From NCBI GenBank assembly GCA_964188305.1, contig OZ076899.1: 64,000 nucleotides of DNA; one strand, given 5' to 3'. This DNA comes from Podarcis bocagei. Lineage: Eukaryota. Of this stretch, positions 44,501 through 56,600 are shown piece by piece. The translations under genes and the position numbers were made by a program. The notes below the pieces were generated by a model. It was not told the DNA's origin and searched no databases. It worked only from the letters and a program-made list of their open reading frames with translations. Each line of letters begins with the position of its first letter. Position 1 is the first letter of the stretch.

Positions 44501-47361
44501 TTGCTCCATAAGGATCTGATTACTATTATGCTTGTGGTAGTGTGGCTAGAATTAGCCAAGCAATGGAAAAGACTACAGTGGGGGGGAAACTGTGGAAATA
44601 GCTTACCTGAGAAACTGACATACTAGGATCATATTGACATGAGAAATTGTTTTTTGCTTGGCAGTACTTATGCCAGTAGGAGCAACCTGAAAGGTGGTCT
44701 CTCTCCCCCTCCTACAACTGTCTCATGAGCAAATATGGCAAGACATACTGGGAGACAGCTGTTTTGACAGTCTGATTTTCTTAGTGTATGCCCACTGTTT
44801 ATGAAAGTAGCTACTCTATTTTTTCAATGAATATTTAAAAAGTTAAGTAAGAACCAGCATCGATAAACAACATGATCTAGGCAAGTTCAGACTTGCACTC
44901 TGAGGCAATACACAAGGGGCGTTATCAGGAACTAAAGGGCAAGGAGAGGCAGCTCACTTGAGTCATTAAAAGCAAGCTTAAGCTATATGCCAAGTGAATC
45001 TTTCAGGACTGGAGTGCAATCTGACCACTGCCAAGGCACACTTAACAATTAACTAAGCAGCCATGGACACTATGAAGACTGTAAGCTTTTATGGACTAGC
45101 ATCTACCTCATCAGATACATTGCATGCCATTGCTACATAGGTGTAGAGAAAGAAATACAAACAGTGAGATCATATGGAAATGAAATGCAAAAAGAGGTGT
45201 CACATTTGCATTAAAGCTTAAAATCCACGTTTCACAACCCCTTTGAAGTTTCCTTATTCAAGTCCAGGAGCAACCAACATGGTGCCTTCCAGTTGTTGCT
45301 GAAGTACAACTCCCACCTTCCCTGACCATTTGTCATGCTGGCTGGCGCTGAAGCATGTCACAGTCCAACATAAGGAGGACACCAAGTTAGCTATTCCTGA
45401 GTTAGTCTGTTGGGAGCAGACTTTCTGCATGTTGCCTTCATCTCTGAGTCCAACCAGAAGAGAGAATAACAACTTTACTCCAGAGAAAAGGAGCCAACTT
45501 CTAGGGGCCAAGGTCTTCTTCGGCCTCCCCAATAAAATATATTTTGGGGGGGCTAAAGTTGATGGGCATCGCCATTCAAATGACTGGAGCTTACCTGCCC
45601 CCCTCCCCAAATATTTGATTCAAGTTGGCATCCCTGCCCCAGAGAAGAGGAACCTGTCTGGTGAAGAGAAGTCAAGGAGAACCCAGGTATGCAGAGTCTA
45701 GAGCAGCCTTTGCTAATCTGGTGTTCTGCAGATGTCATTGGACTCCAACCCCCATTAGCTCCTGCTGCCAGCCATGGATGATGGAAGTCAGAGTCCACCA
45801 GCATTTGGAGAATCATAGGTCCCCCCTGGGTAAAACAAGAGAACCTTCAATCTACTAAAAGAAGCCCGGAGACAAAGCTGTTTTGAACAAGCCTTTTAGA
45901 GTGACTCTCAAGAAATACAGTCTCTTTCCCAAAGCTGATTTTCTACATCAACAGTAAGTTGGATCAGATAACCTTTGATGGCCCTCCTAGATTTACAAGT
46001 GAAATAATACTACCATGTCTTGTTACATCTGTTCTGCCTAAGAAATCTGTCTTTTGTCTAGGGTGTTAGAAACGTTAGGGTTACAAGTCAGGCTTTATTT
46101 TCTCAAATCATGAGGACATAATCCCAGGTGGGTCACCTGGTTCATGTAGCCCCTAGGATGGACCCGTTTGGCCTGGATCTCCAAGCTGGAACCGAGACCA
46201 ACCAGCTGGCCACAGCAACTATATTTGGGTTTGATTTTCCCTCATAATTATGGAAGCCGCCCAGAGTGGCTGGGGAGGCCCAGCCAGATGGGCGGGGTAT
46301 AAATAATAAATTATTATTATTATCATCATAAAACCTTCCTTTGTGTTAATATCTTGCTTGCTAGAGAGTTCTGATAAACTGAAAACTTCTCACATTTTCA
46401 AGACTTGTGGGCTTTGGTGGGGCCCAGCACTTCAGTACTGGAGTCTCTCACTTGCAGTATGCCTAGGGACCAGCAGCATGCCCATTGAGGCCCAGGTGGG
46501 CTTTGCACGGGCATAGGAAGGGTTCCTTTTATAGAAAGGGGGCTACGGCTGGTGCTCCACGTCAGGCAGCATGATGCTTTGAGCTGGCACTGAGATCTCC
46601 CTTCAACCCCGTTGCTCCACACCCTCTGCTCAAGACAAGTGTGGATCCCTCGTGAACTCGCAGTGTAACCCTATGCGTGTTTCCTCGGAAGCAAGTCCTA
46701 CTGTGCTCAATGCATACTAATTATACATGCTCAACACTTAAAAGTTGCCTGCCTAGATGCGGGAGAAAAGGCGGCCAACCTCCCGGGTAACCGACCAGAA
46801 AAGAGCGGGAACCTGACGGTGGGCGTCTCTTTCACAGTAACGACGGAGCCGCTGACACAGGTGGCCTGAGCGGCTTTCTCACGCAGAGGCCCGGCACTCC
46901 GGGAGGAACCGGGGCAGCAAAGCGGGGGCCCTCCAGCCTAGTGCCCGCGGTGGGGCGGCCAAGCTATGGGGTCCTCGCCCGGCCTGTCCCCGGAGCACCT
47001 GCAGAATGCGGCGGCGGCGTCCCCTCACCTTGTCGGAGTCGAGGTCCGGGTCGGCCTGGCAGAGGCGGAAAAGGAAGCTTTTGGGGTCCCTGCAGAGCGT
47101 CTGCCGGGTGGTGAGGAAGCAGGTGCCGCCCACGTTCAGCCGGACCCATTTCCCGGGCACGCCGCCCGCGACGGGAGGTGCCGGGGGAGCGAGGCAGCCC
47201 CCGCACGACGACGACGAGGAGGACGACGAAGGCGAGGAGAAGGACGACGACGACGAACTGGAGCTGCTGCTGCAGCGCCGGCAGGAGGCGGAGGGAGCCC
47301 CGGACAGGCCAAGCCCTGCCGCCGGCACCACCGGCAGCTCGCAGGAGCCCTCCGCCGCCAT
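32518..47361 (-). CDS. KCTD5: BTB/POZ domain-containing protein KCTD5, complete, 6 coding exons
   Basis: Exons (minus) 47361-47029, 41846-41738, 41267-41176, 40817-40722, 39526-39401, 32547-32518. [94 protein letters not shown]|ILQERGSRM*. Adjacent to PDPK1, supporting KCTD5 over KCTD2/17. Confidence 0.95.
32940..33121 (+). mobile_element. CR1 LINE 3' end
   Basis: TTGGAGGTTTTCAAGCAGAGGTTGGATGGCCATCTGTC...TTCCAACTCTACAATTCTATGACTCTAT. Confidence 0.8.
35782..35840 (-). CDS. KCTD5: Candidate alternative cassette exon of KCTD5 encoding [14 protein letters not shown]
   Basis: Long pyrimidine tract plus CAG acceptor, phase 0 matching exon 5, 14 mostly acidic codons then TAA, then ATG|GTGAGC donor 14 nt later. 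Confidence 0.5.
38477..38838. mobile_element. Tc2/pogo-like non-autonomous element with GC-rich interior
   Basis: TA-CCGTATTGGCCCGAATATAAGCTGC ... GGCTTATATTCAGGCCAA; same TIR family as 62594-63164. Confidence 0.75.
43115..43460 (+). mobile_element. CR1-like LINE fragment
   Basis: GACTTCTTCACACAGCACATAGTTAAACTACAGAATTTACT..GGCTTTTAAAAAGGAT..AAATTCATGGAAGAT. Confidence 0.5.
43830..43910 (-). mobile_element. Possible ancient Gypsy-type integrase remnant
   Basis: Minus-strand [23 protein letters not shown] resembles the YWP..K.V..C..C zinc-binding integrase motif; flanks are decayed. Confidence 0.25.
46255..46325 (+). mobile_element. 3' tail of the same non-LTR retroelement family
   Basis: GCCGCCCAGAGTGGCTGGGGAGGCCCAGCCAGATGGGCGGGGTATAAATAATAAATTATTATT. 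Confidence 0.55.
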
Positions 47362-47750
47362 CCTGGCTGCGCGCCGGAAGGTCCGCTCTCGAAAGGCGTC
47401 CCCTCCGGGCCGCTGTCCCGGCAGGCTCTCCGAGAGCGCATGTGCGGCGGCGATGTGGTTCCGCCCCCCTGCCGTCCGGAAGTGAGGGCGGAGCGGCCCC
47501 GCCCCTTCTGCGGGCTGCTTCTGCTTGTTGGGTGCGCCAGCGGGAAGAGGGGCGGAGGCGCTGATTAACTCTTTGCCTGCCGGCCGCTTTTATCATCCAA
47601 CCTCCGCCTCGCCTGGTCTCCTCTTCTTCCGCGCCGATGGAGGGCGGGGGGGGGGGAGCGGGAGCTCTATGTCTGCCAGGAGACCGTTCGCGCAGGAAGC
47701 GCTGTACTCTCCCGCCTCCGTGCCTGAGTTTGCGGGCGAAGCGGGGGGCA
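46880..47750 (-). promoter_or_regulatory. KCTD5 CpG island / promoter
   Basis: CpG-rich; NRF1-like GCGCATGTGC near 47436, ETS CCGGAAGT near 47476, GC boxes, upstream of ATG at 47361. Confidence 0.75.
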
Positions 47751-47973
47751 TGTCAATACCAACACTATGCCCACATTTATTTAGTTAAATTGAATTTCTG
47801 TACCGCCCTTCATTTTAGGCTTACAGGGCAGTTTATAGCAGAATAGGACGTAACATAGCAGTAAACAAAATACAATAACACCCCCCCCAACAGATTTTTA
47901 AAGACCTTGGATCAATCAGCCAAAGGCCTGGGAGAAGAGGAATGTTTTTGCCTGGCACCTAGTAATCTGTAAG

Positions 47974-48237
47974 TGTTATGTACTGAAGTTTTCACCCTGG
48001 GCCAGCAGGGGGATACTGTAGATAGTTTTCACTCAGGTCCACATATGCAAATAAGAGTTTGAAAGTGACATTCAGTGATTGGATAGTTACAGAAAGTAGT
48101 TACTGTTGTGTTGTAGTGCAGCTCTATATAAGCAGGCTGGCTGAACCCTTCAGTTCAGTTCTGTTCTGGCCTGTGAATAAACAAGAGCTGTTTGAAGAAT
48201 CGCTGTGTCGTCTGATATGTTCACCCACAACTTAACA
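47974..48237 (+). mobile_element. Solo LTR (264 bp)
   Basis: TGTTA...TAACA termini, CTATATAA about 48125, AATAAA about 48176, near-TSD GTAAG/GTAAC; interrupts a LINE fragment. Confidence 0.75.
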
Positions 48238-48329
48238 GTAACGAAGGCACAAAACATAAAGGGGGAGCCTCTACAGAAAAGGCCTCTTCTTATGTTGCCA
48301 CCCTCTGGGCCTCTCACAAAGGAGGCACA

Positions 48330-49440
48330 CAAAGGGCCTCAGTTCATATCAGAAATTCATATCCTTGAGGTCCTGAGTAGTTTTTAAGGCGTTATAGGTC
48401 AAAACCAGCACTTTGAATTGGGCCTGGAAGCTTACTGGTAGTTGGGAAAGGATCAGTGTTATGTGCTCAAAACATATTGTCCTGGTGAACAACCTGACTC
48501 CTGAATTCTGTGCCCACTGACATTTTCGAACCATCTTCAGAGGCAGCCCTGCCTATAACACATTGCAGTAATCTAACCTAGAGGTTACCAGAGCATAATC
48601 AACTGAACTTAGGCTATTCCTGTCCAGACAGGGGTGCAGCTGGGCCACCAGTCTAAGCTGATGGTTAGAGCATGGTGCTGCTAATGCCAAGGTCCTGGGT
48701 TTGATCCTCATATGGGACACCTACATATTCCAGCATTGCAGGGGGTTGGACTAGATTACCCTCAGGGTCCCTTCCAACTCTACAATTCTATAATTCTAAG
48801 GCACTCTGTGCAACTGAGACCACTTGAGCCTCAAGTGACAGCAATGGATCTAGAAGCACCCTCAAGTTGTGCATCGGCTCCTTTACAGGGAGTTAAACTC
48901 CCTCAAGAGCATGCAACCTCCCATCCATCTGGTCCAGGGAACTGCCCACTAACAGTGCCTCAGTCTTATTGGAATTAAGCTTCAGTTTGTTGGCTCTCAT
49001 CCAGGCCATTACCAAGGCATGACAACAATGCAGCACATCCACTGCCTCACCTGCAGATGTAAAGGAATACAGCTGGGTGTCCTCCACATATTGCTGATAG
49101 CATACTCCAAAACTCCAGATAACCCCTCAGCTGCTTCATGTAGCATGGGGGATAAAATCGAACCCTGAGGAACCCCGCACTGAAGGCTCCACAGAGCCGA
49201 AGAGCACTCCGCAAGCATCACCCTCTGGAAATGATCATGCAGAAAGCGGTGCCAACCACCAGTAACTTGGACAGCCACTCCTGGAGGATACCATGGCTGA
49301 TAGCATTGAAAGTCGCAGACAGGAGAAAGAGGCGGCACATTTCCTCTTCTGACACAAATCATCATACATGGCCACTAAAGCAGTTTTTGTGCCAAAGTTG
49401 GGCCTAAACCCCAAATGAAATGGATCTGGATCACATTGCC
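48330..49440 (-). mobile_element. Degenerate L2/CR1-clade LINE reverse-transcriptase remnant
   Basis: Broken peptides GFRPNFGTKTALV, GVPQGSILSPML, WMRANKLKLNSNKTEALLVG, AQFKVLVLTYNAL across frames. Confidence 0.8.
48661..48798 (+). mobile_element. Short tRNA-derived SINE with CR1 tail, nested in the LINE remnant
   Basis: TGGTTAGAGCATGGTGCTGCTAATGCCAAGG..GGTTTGATCC head; CCCTTCCAACTCTACAATTCTA tail. Confidence 0.7.
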
Positions 49441-49874
49441 TGGACTGGCTTGGGGCTTCATGGTTAGCAGAATAACACATGGCAGGTGTTTTGCTGCCAG
49501 GGTGGGTGGAAATGTCCTCTATGTGGGGGATATAGCACTGGCTGCATCCTCATGAATACACTGATCTGATGTTGGTCATTACAGCCCTCATTTCTTTGAA
49601 AGGTTAGCCTTAAACCTAAAAAGCAGCTTTAAAAATACCTTTGGTGGGGGGGGGGAGTAATGTTCGACACTGCAAGCCTTACTCTAATGCAGCATAATGG
49701 GGCCTGTGTGTTCTTTTCCCACTCAGGACCCAGCAGCCACCTCTGGGCCACAATATGACAATACATGGCCCTCACACAAAAAAGGGGCTGGGAACTGGAG
49801 ACTGTCCTCCTTCCACCTACCCAGCTCCTGAAAAATAAGTGAATGATGCAAGCCAATGTGGATCGTGGGACATG

Positions 49875-49875
<1 letters not shown>

Positions 49876-49905
<30 letters not shown>
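49876..49905. repeat. (GA)n microsatellite
   Basis: Directly visible. Confidence 0.9.
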
Positions 49906-49907
<2 letters not shown>

Positions 49908-52900
49908 TCCCAATCCATTGCCAGATTGATACAGGAAGACATGGCTTTAAAGATGGATCAACGTTTTTCTTCAGCAGTTTCCATACTGGCAATATGTAAT
50001 GCAGATAGGGGAATTCAGAAGTTTTGAACCATGGAATATGCAATGTTTACTTATCCAAACCTAAATTTGCTTTGCTATTTTGGGAACGTGAATGAAGCGC
50101 AGATATGTTTTATTTAAACATGCAATACAAATGCTCTGTGTTAGAGATGAAACTGCAAGCTGCTGCATCTTAAGTTATACAACTCTTAGGTTTTCCACTT
50201 AGAAAGAAATGAGGAAATAAAAAAGCTGAAACTTGAAACAATCACCATAATAAACAGGAGGGTTTTATTATCTGGGATTAGAAACAGTATGCAGACATAA
50301 GCATCATCATGCAGCAACAGAAGGAACTCAATTTTTAAGAGAAAAAAGCTCAGAAATAAATACCCCTATAATGTAACTATGAAGTAGCAATAAAACTGGA
50401 TATTGTTACAACTTTTACTATTGGAGAGTTCAGCTTGATCACCACTTAAAAGTATGTGCACTCCTATGTACACTTACCTGGGAGTAGGTCCCATAGACTC
50501 AGTGGGATTTGCTTCTAAGTACCATGCATACCAAAAGGTTGCAATTGCTTATAATAATTGTAGACAAGAATTAGCTATCCCAAGCTAATTTATATCACTA
50601 CCCCATGAAATAATTCATCACTGAATATACTAACCTAGGTCTCATGTTTATTTCTATAACCAGAATTAATGCCTGAAAAACCCAGAGCTTCCCATTTGGA
50701 ACTTTCACTTTGAGCTTCATGGACTTCAGAAACAAGTTTGCATAAACTGAAACAAGCTTTTCACACATTAGTTTGCTCCTTAATTGATGGGAAGCTTCCA
50801 AACAATTCTAGTTCTTTCACAATGCAGAAGATGGGTGAATCTGAGGCAAGTGAGAAGCAGAGTCAGAGGCTGGGTTTGGGGCACAAAAGGTTTGTGCCAG
50901 CATTTTACGAGTTAGCAGACCCAGCTTGTCTTCATGGACCAAATACCTGATGGTGTTGTCTATGTGGTAATTCGAACAGAACTTTTCCAAAATACTCAGC
51001 CTTATGTGTGGTTTATTTATATACACTTGATTGTAAAAACAACAACCACAACCACCCCTCAAAGCAGTTTAGAAATCCAGTCAAATGCAGCAGCAAAATG
51101 CTACCCGCCTCCCAAGGTCTAATATCTGCAGCAGTGTGAACTGTGACAAACACGGCTTTTAAGACTATTGCACTTGTCCTGAAAGTGGCTGAAGAGAGAT
51201 GATTTAGTTGAGAGCAAGAGTATGGAGAGTGCTGTTAACTAGATACCTCAACCCTAGTCCAGACTTGAATTATATTATCACCTACTCTAAAGGTGTCCAC
51301 TCAGCCACCTGAACCAGCATTTCCGCTCTCTTGCCTTTCGAAGCTTGAGACCTGCTGTTAAAGTGAGATGACTGGATCTCTTTTCCCTTCTCTGCTCCTC
51401 CTGTCTGTTCCCTCTTGGTCCAAACTGACTATTGCCCTTTAGTGCTATTGTTCCTATGGTCCTCCCACTGGCTCTTCTCAAGGCTGGGAGAGACTGCTTG
51501 ACAGGAAGAGATGGGACACCATTTTTAATGGGGCAGAGATGCTTCCTCTTAATCCAAGTAAACAGCAGGATGCAGCCAGCAAATTTAGGCAAGCCAAGCA
51601 GAAATATGTGTCCTCTGGTGCAGTCGCAGAGCAGTTCTGCCAACATAATCGTGTCGCTGGACATTTCTTACTAGAAAGACTCCTTGAATCATTAGAGAGA
51701 TGAACTGTGCAGAACAATTATCATCCATGGGAGAAGTCAAATCTGTGTGTGTCATCATTTTCCAGAGAGGAGCTTCCCAGCACCTCTCCTGAGACAATCT
51801 AACACAGTTGTGTGTGATGCTAACTTGCCACTTGCTTTCACCCAATGGGATTCAGTTTTACCAAGGGGTGGGGGGAAGGAAGAAAAATAACCAGCATGAC
51901 TGACAGCTGTTGGAAGGGGATTCTCACCGCCAAAAGCACTTCTACTTGGCTCCACTACTTCTGGTGGCTTGTTAAGAGTCATGGTTGCATTGCCTGGCTG
52001 CAGGAAAAGAATACATCCATGTTCCATGTGATGGCTATTGCAGACAGTGTGCATGTATGAACAAACACATGGGTGTGTCAAAGCTTTACAGGAAAAATGG
52101 TCCAACTTGTAGACAGAACTAGAGATAACAGCACACCAGTCTCATCTGCTCCAGAAGTGCTATTCACCTTGTGCTGGTGGAACTTTGAAAAGAGCGGATT
52201 CTCTTCTTTCCAGCAACAACCAGACACTCTCCACTTCCAAGTCTACTCCTGACTTTAAGGGCAAGAGAAACCCTCACCTTCAAAATGGAACCTAAATCTG
52301 ACACCTCTTGCTCAGCACTAGTGAAATATTCTCTCTTACGGTACAAGTGAAAAGTGAACAGAAGTGGTACCAGTACTTTTGGGGGGTGAGGAAGAGAACT
52401 GGTGTCTGGGCAAGAACCCGTTCCCCTCCTTGCAAAAATGCTTAGGCTACCCAGATATCAGAGCACACCATAGAGAAAGAATGCTTGCAGTGAGAAAGCA
52501 ATATCTTTGCTATGTTACAAGAAATGTTTGACCATAACAGTTTAATAGGAAAAGGACAAAAGAACGATATGAAACATTTGATAGATATGACTCAAGTACC
52601 ATACACTTCCCCTCCTTTGTATCAACATTTTTACATAAACACAACAATTAGTCTGATTAGTGGAGGGGCTTAAATATATTTAAATCATGTAAAATATTTT
52701 CAAAGTTGCTAAAAGGTCTGACGCTTTGCCATTGAACAAGACAGGAATATATTTGTACACCTCATTATACAAAGAGACAACAAATCAAGTCATCAGTTGT
52801 ACAACCGCGCTTCTCTCCCCAGGCACAACAGGCCAGCCCCCTGCAGTGCTCCACCCTGGAAAGAACCAGCTTGCTCCCCCTCCCCCTCTTCGGAAAAGGT

Positions 52901-53685
52901 GAAGAGTCTATTTACTACATCAATACAGCTTGGTACTAACTAGGCAACCTCTCAGTTAGTATTAGTTAAAAGCATGCTGGTAACTTTAATGCTCCTTAGT
53001 TCAACATGTAAATGCATCAAATTAAAATTCCATGTTTAAAATTGTATGAAATTTGATTTCCAGGATTAAGTGCCACATTCAAATTTTCCCTCTCTTACCA
53101 CCTGTGCCGGAGTGTATCTATCTGCAAAACATGCAATTAGAAGTACCATCCATGGAGAATCCTGCAACTGGACATGGCCTGAAGGGTTCGGCAAGGGCAT
53201 CCATCCGCTTGCAGCAGCGGTTACAAGTGCTGGATACCAACTAGAGACCAACTAGAAGGGAGGAAGTGGCAGCAGAAACAATGGTGGCCTCTCACACGGA
53301 GATGTTTCAAAGCTCCCTGACGAAACACAGTTGCATGATAAAATCGGAAAGTCACAGTAATAATCCCGCCCCACATGATCTGGGCTGTGCGCGTGGCTTG
53401 GCTTAACTCATCTACACTGAAGTCAGCAGTTTGCAGCAGAAGCCAAGGGAGTCTCTCACGGCAGCAAAGAGAGCTGTGCAAGTGTGTGTGTGTTTGGAAG
53501 CCTCAACAGAAGCACAAAAGCAAGCAAAGCGACCCTGAATTCCATTGGTTGGGCTTTTCCTTAGAGAAGGAACTAGTTTTGGCCCTGGAGATGGATGTAG
53601 GCTGGGCTGGGAAGAGTCCTCAGGCTGGGAGCATGTGGCGCTCTAGCAGCAAGGAGGGAGGCAGGGCACTGGGGGGGGGGCAGTC

Positions 53686-56600
53686 TCATTTCGCAGTGTT
53701 CTGGTGGTATATGTGTCGCCAAACCTCGTGTATCTTTTTGCACCATTTATGAGCGTTCCCACTTGGGTCCATCAGGTAGTATGTCCTGTTAGGCTACAAG
53801 TAAACAAAGGTTTAGTTCCTACTCATTCCTGCAGCAAGAACCTAATTAAGCTGACCAAGGCCAGCAGGCAATGCATGGGCTTGGGCCTCCCCTCCCTCCC
53901 CTGGGGATGAAGGCTGCACACAGCACTTTGTACATCAGAAGTCTCCCACTGTAAAAACCAGACAACGGGCAGGAGCTATTAAAAGGCAGGGGTGGCTGTG
54001 TGAGCCAACTCTGGCCTGAGAAGGTACAAGAGTCATCAGTGTGTGGAGCTGTGTTACTGGGGAGCTGCTACTTCAGGAAGTTCTAGATCCATTTTTCAAA
54101 AAAGGGGAAGGATCCCACAGCCAATTAACACCTCCAGCACCTTCCTCAACACCTCCAGCACCTCCCAGGAAGCACTGGCAGCTGAATGGGCCCTGCTAAT
54201 ACCACACCTGCAAGAGCCCACAGAACAGGACCGGTCAAGTCAGAACTTGTCAGCAGGAAGAGGTCACTTACTGTGTGAACAAAGAAGGTCTTGAAGTTCT
54301 TGGCTTCCGGCCGGAGTTCCAGCGACCAAGGGATTTCTCCTTTCAGAATTTTGTTGACAGGGTCCACATAGTACAAGTGTGGCCCTTCAGTGAGCAGCAG
54401 CTGGCGCCTGCGAGCAAAGAGCCCCTGCAGAGGAGGACACAGCACTTAGAGCGAAGCCAGCGCTGCAGGTCAGCAGCTTCAAAGAAAGGGTCAAGAAAGC
54501 TCTTGTTATAGAGCACAAAGGGATCAATCACAGCATCTTCTGAGCAGCTAGTTTCCTCTGCCTCTCTGCCATTACCATATGCAGCACAAACAGCTCACAG
54601 GACGAGGAAGGGGAAGTACCTATTATATTTTTTGCCTTTCCTGCAACAGTCTCCAAACCAAATTTTGGACAAATGATGGAAGGTCTTCAAAGCTCAAACT
54701 CTCTCCTAGGCAACACTCTCCTTCCCCAAGACCCTCATTCCCTATGACAGCAGGGGAACTGTCATCATGGGAGTGGGACCTCCCTGAAGACCCCATCCAA
54801 CACTCTCTCTACCTCTTTTGCTGTCTCCAGGTCTGGGAACCAACTTGTTCCTGGAGCTCACTGTACTCTAGATACACCCACGACTTCTGTCCAGTGGGGG
54901 GATAGTCAAATATATGGCAGGCTCTGCAAAACACTAGAAGGCCCGCCTCCCTCCCCACTGGTTTTTTAATTCCCCCCCCCCCCGTTACCTATTACCCACC
55001 ACCTGGTACACATGGAAGAGCATACAAATAAAATTATGAAATGTGGAGGTCAAGGAGAACAAACAGGGTTACACTCCCCACCACAAACTACTACATTTGG
55101 ATAATCTGCTTTTGGTTTCTCTTAGTATATGTTTCTTTCCCCTCCACTACTTTGCAGGTTTTTTTATTTCATATCCCCAAGCACTTTAGACTCACAAGTA
55201 CAGTGGTACCTCAGGTTACATACGCTTCAGGTTACAGACTCTGCTAACCCAGAAATAGTGCTTCAGGTTAAGAACTTTACTTCAGGATGAGAACAGAAAT
55301 CGTGCTCCAGCGGCGCAGCAGCAGCAGGAGGCCCCATTAGCCAAAGTGGTCTTCAGGTTAAGAACAGTTTCAGGTTAAGTACAGGCCTCCGGAACAAATT
55401 AAGTACTTAACCTGAGGTACCACTGTACAATCATTTAAAGAATGAATCCGAGGCACAGGATAAGGTGACTTACCTTCCGTTTGTCAACTGGACCCATTTT
55501 CAGTATTAGATTATTTTCTACAAACTGGTGCCTGAAAAGAAAACATCACCTTGTGTTATTTCCATAAATCCATCATTCATTGCCAAGCGATCCACTTACA
55601 GGCTTTTAGAGACACAGTGTCAGTGAGAGGAGGAAAAGTAGCCAGCAGCCAGATGGGCGCTCCCTGCTAAGGGCATTGTGCTCAGCGCGCAGAGGAAAAA
55701 GGTCTCTAGCAGCACTTTTATGGGACTGTCAGCTCTGGGTCAGATCCCATGGCAGAAATTGGCTGTATTTCTAAGCTCTGGCGAATTCAAATGGTCCTGG
55801 TTCCCCCTTTTCTAAAGCCCGAGATTCTGCCACCCTCCATTGTTAGGAACACGCAAGTGAGGTGCAAGATTGGTGAAGCTGAACTTTATTTGCGGAGCAG
55901 GACGTCACTCGAGAGGGGGGAGAGAAAGCAAGTCCAAGCACATGCGCGCACACACATTTGCATAAACCACTCTATGGAAAAAAAACCCCCACCCCCCACA
56001 GTGCTTACCAGGGATTTCCACCAGCCTGCTTTGCCAAGAGTAACCTTTTCTCCTTTTCAGAGAACTGGAGGTCCAGCTCAAAGGAATTGCTGTCAAGGTT
56101 GTGAATGTATTGCTCTATGTTGTTGCTGCTGCCTGAGGTTTGTGGGGTGGACGTCTCCGGGGAAGACAAGGACTGAGAAGAGGCGGAGCCAGACACTTGC
56201 AGGCAGCCAAACTGACTCAGGAGATTGTCATACTATCAAAACAAGAAAGATAGTTTTCAGAATAAATGGGGGGAAAGTATGTGGCATCTTACCCTTTTCT
56301 TCTGATCAATATTTCTGCCAACATAATATTCAAGTTGTCTTCAAGAGTAAATCCAGCAACATGGATCTAAATGGATCTAATGGATCTAAATTAGATGTGC
56401 CAATGAATGTGACTAACAATGGATATAACCAATGTTATTTATTATTCTGAATGCTCTCTTTAAATGCTAATAGTACTATCATGTATTTACGCTGTATAAA
56501 CACTGTAAGCCCATACTTTAGGAAAGCTACACATTTCATCTGCAAGAAAACAAATGGCTTCCAACATACAGTATCATAAAATACTGTATTTTTGTGTGTA

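Noticed and set aside
46964-47596. Overlapping 130-210 aa ORFs at the KCTD5 5' end
   Set aside because: Alternative frames or antisense of GC-rich KCTD5 exon 1.
55749-56450. 233-aa plus-strand ORF
   Set aside because: Antisense to PDPK1 exon 11 and flanking intron; no homology recognised.
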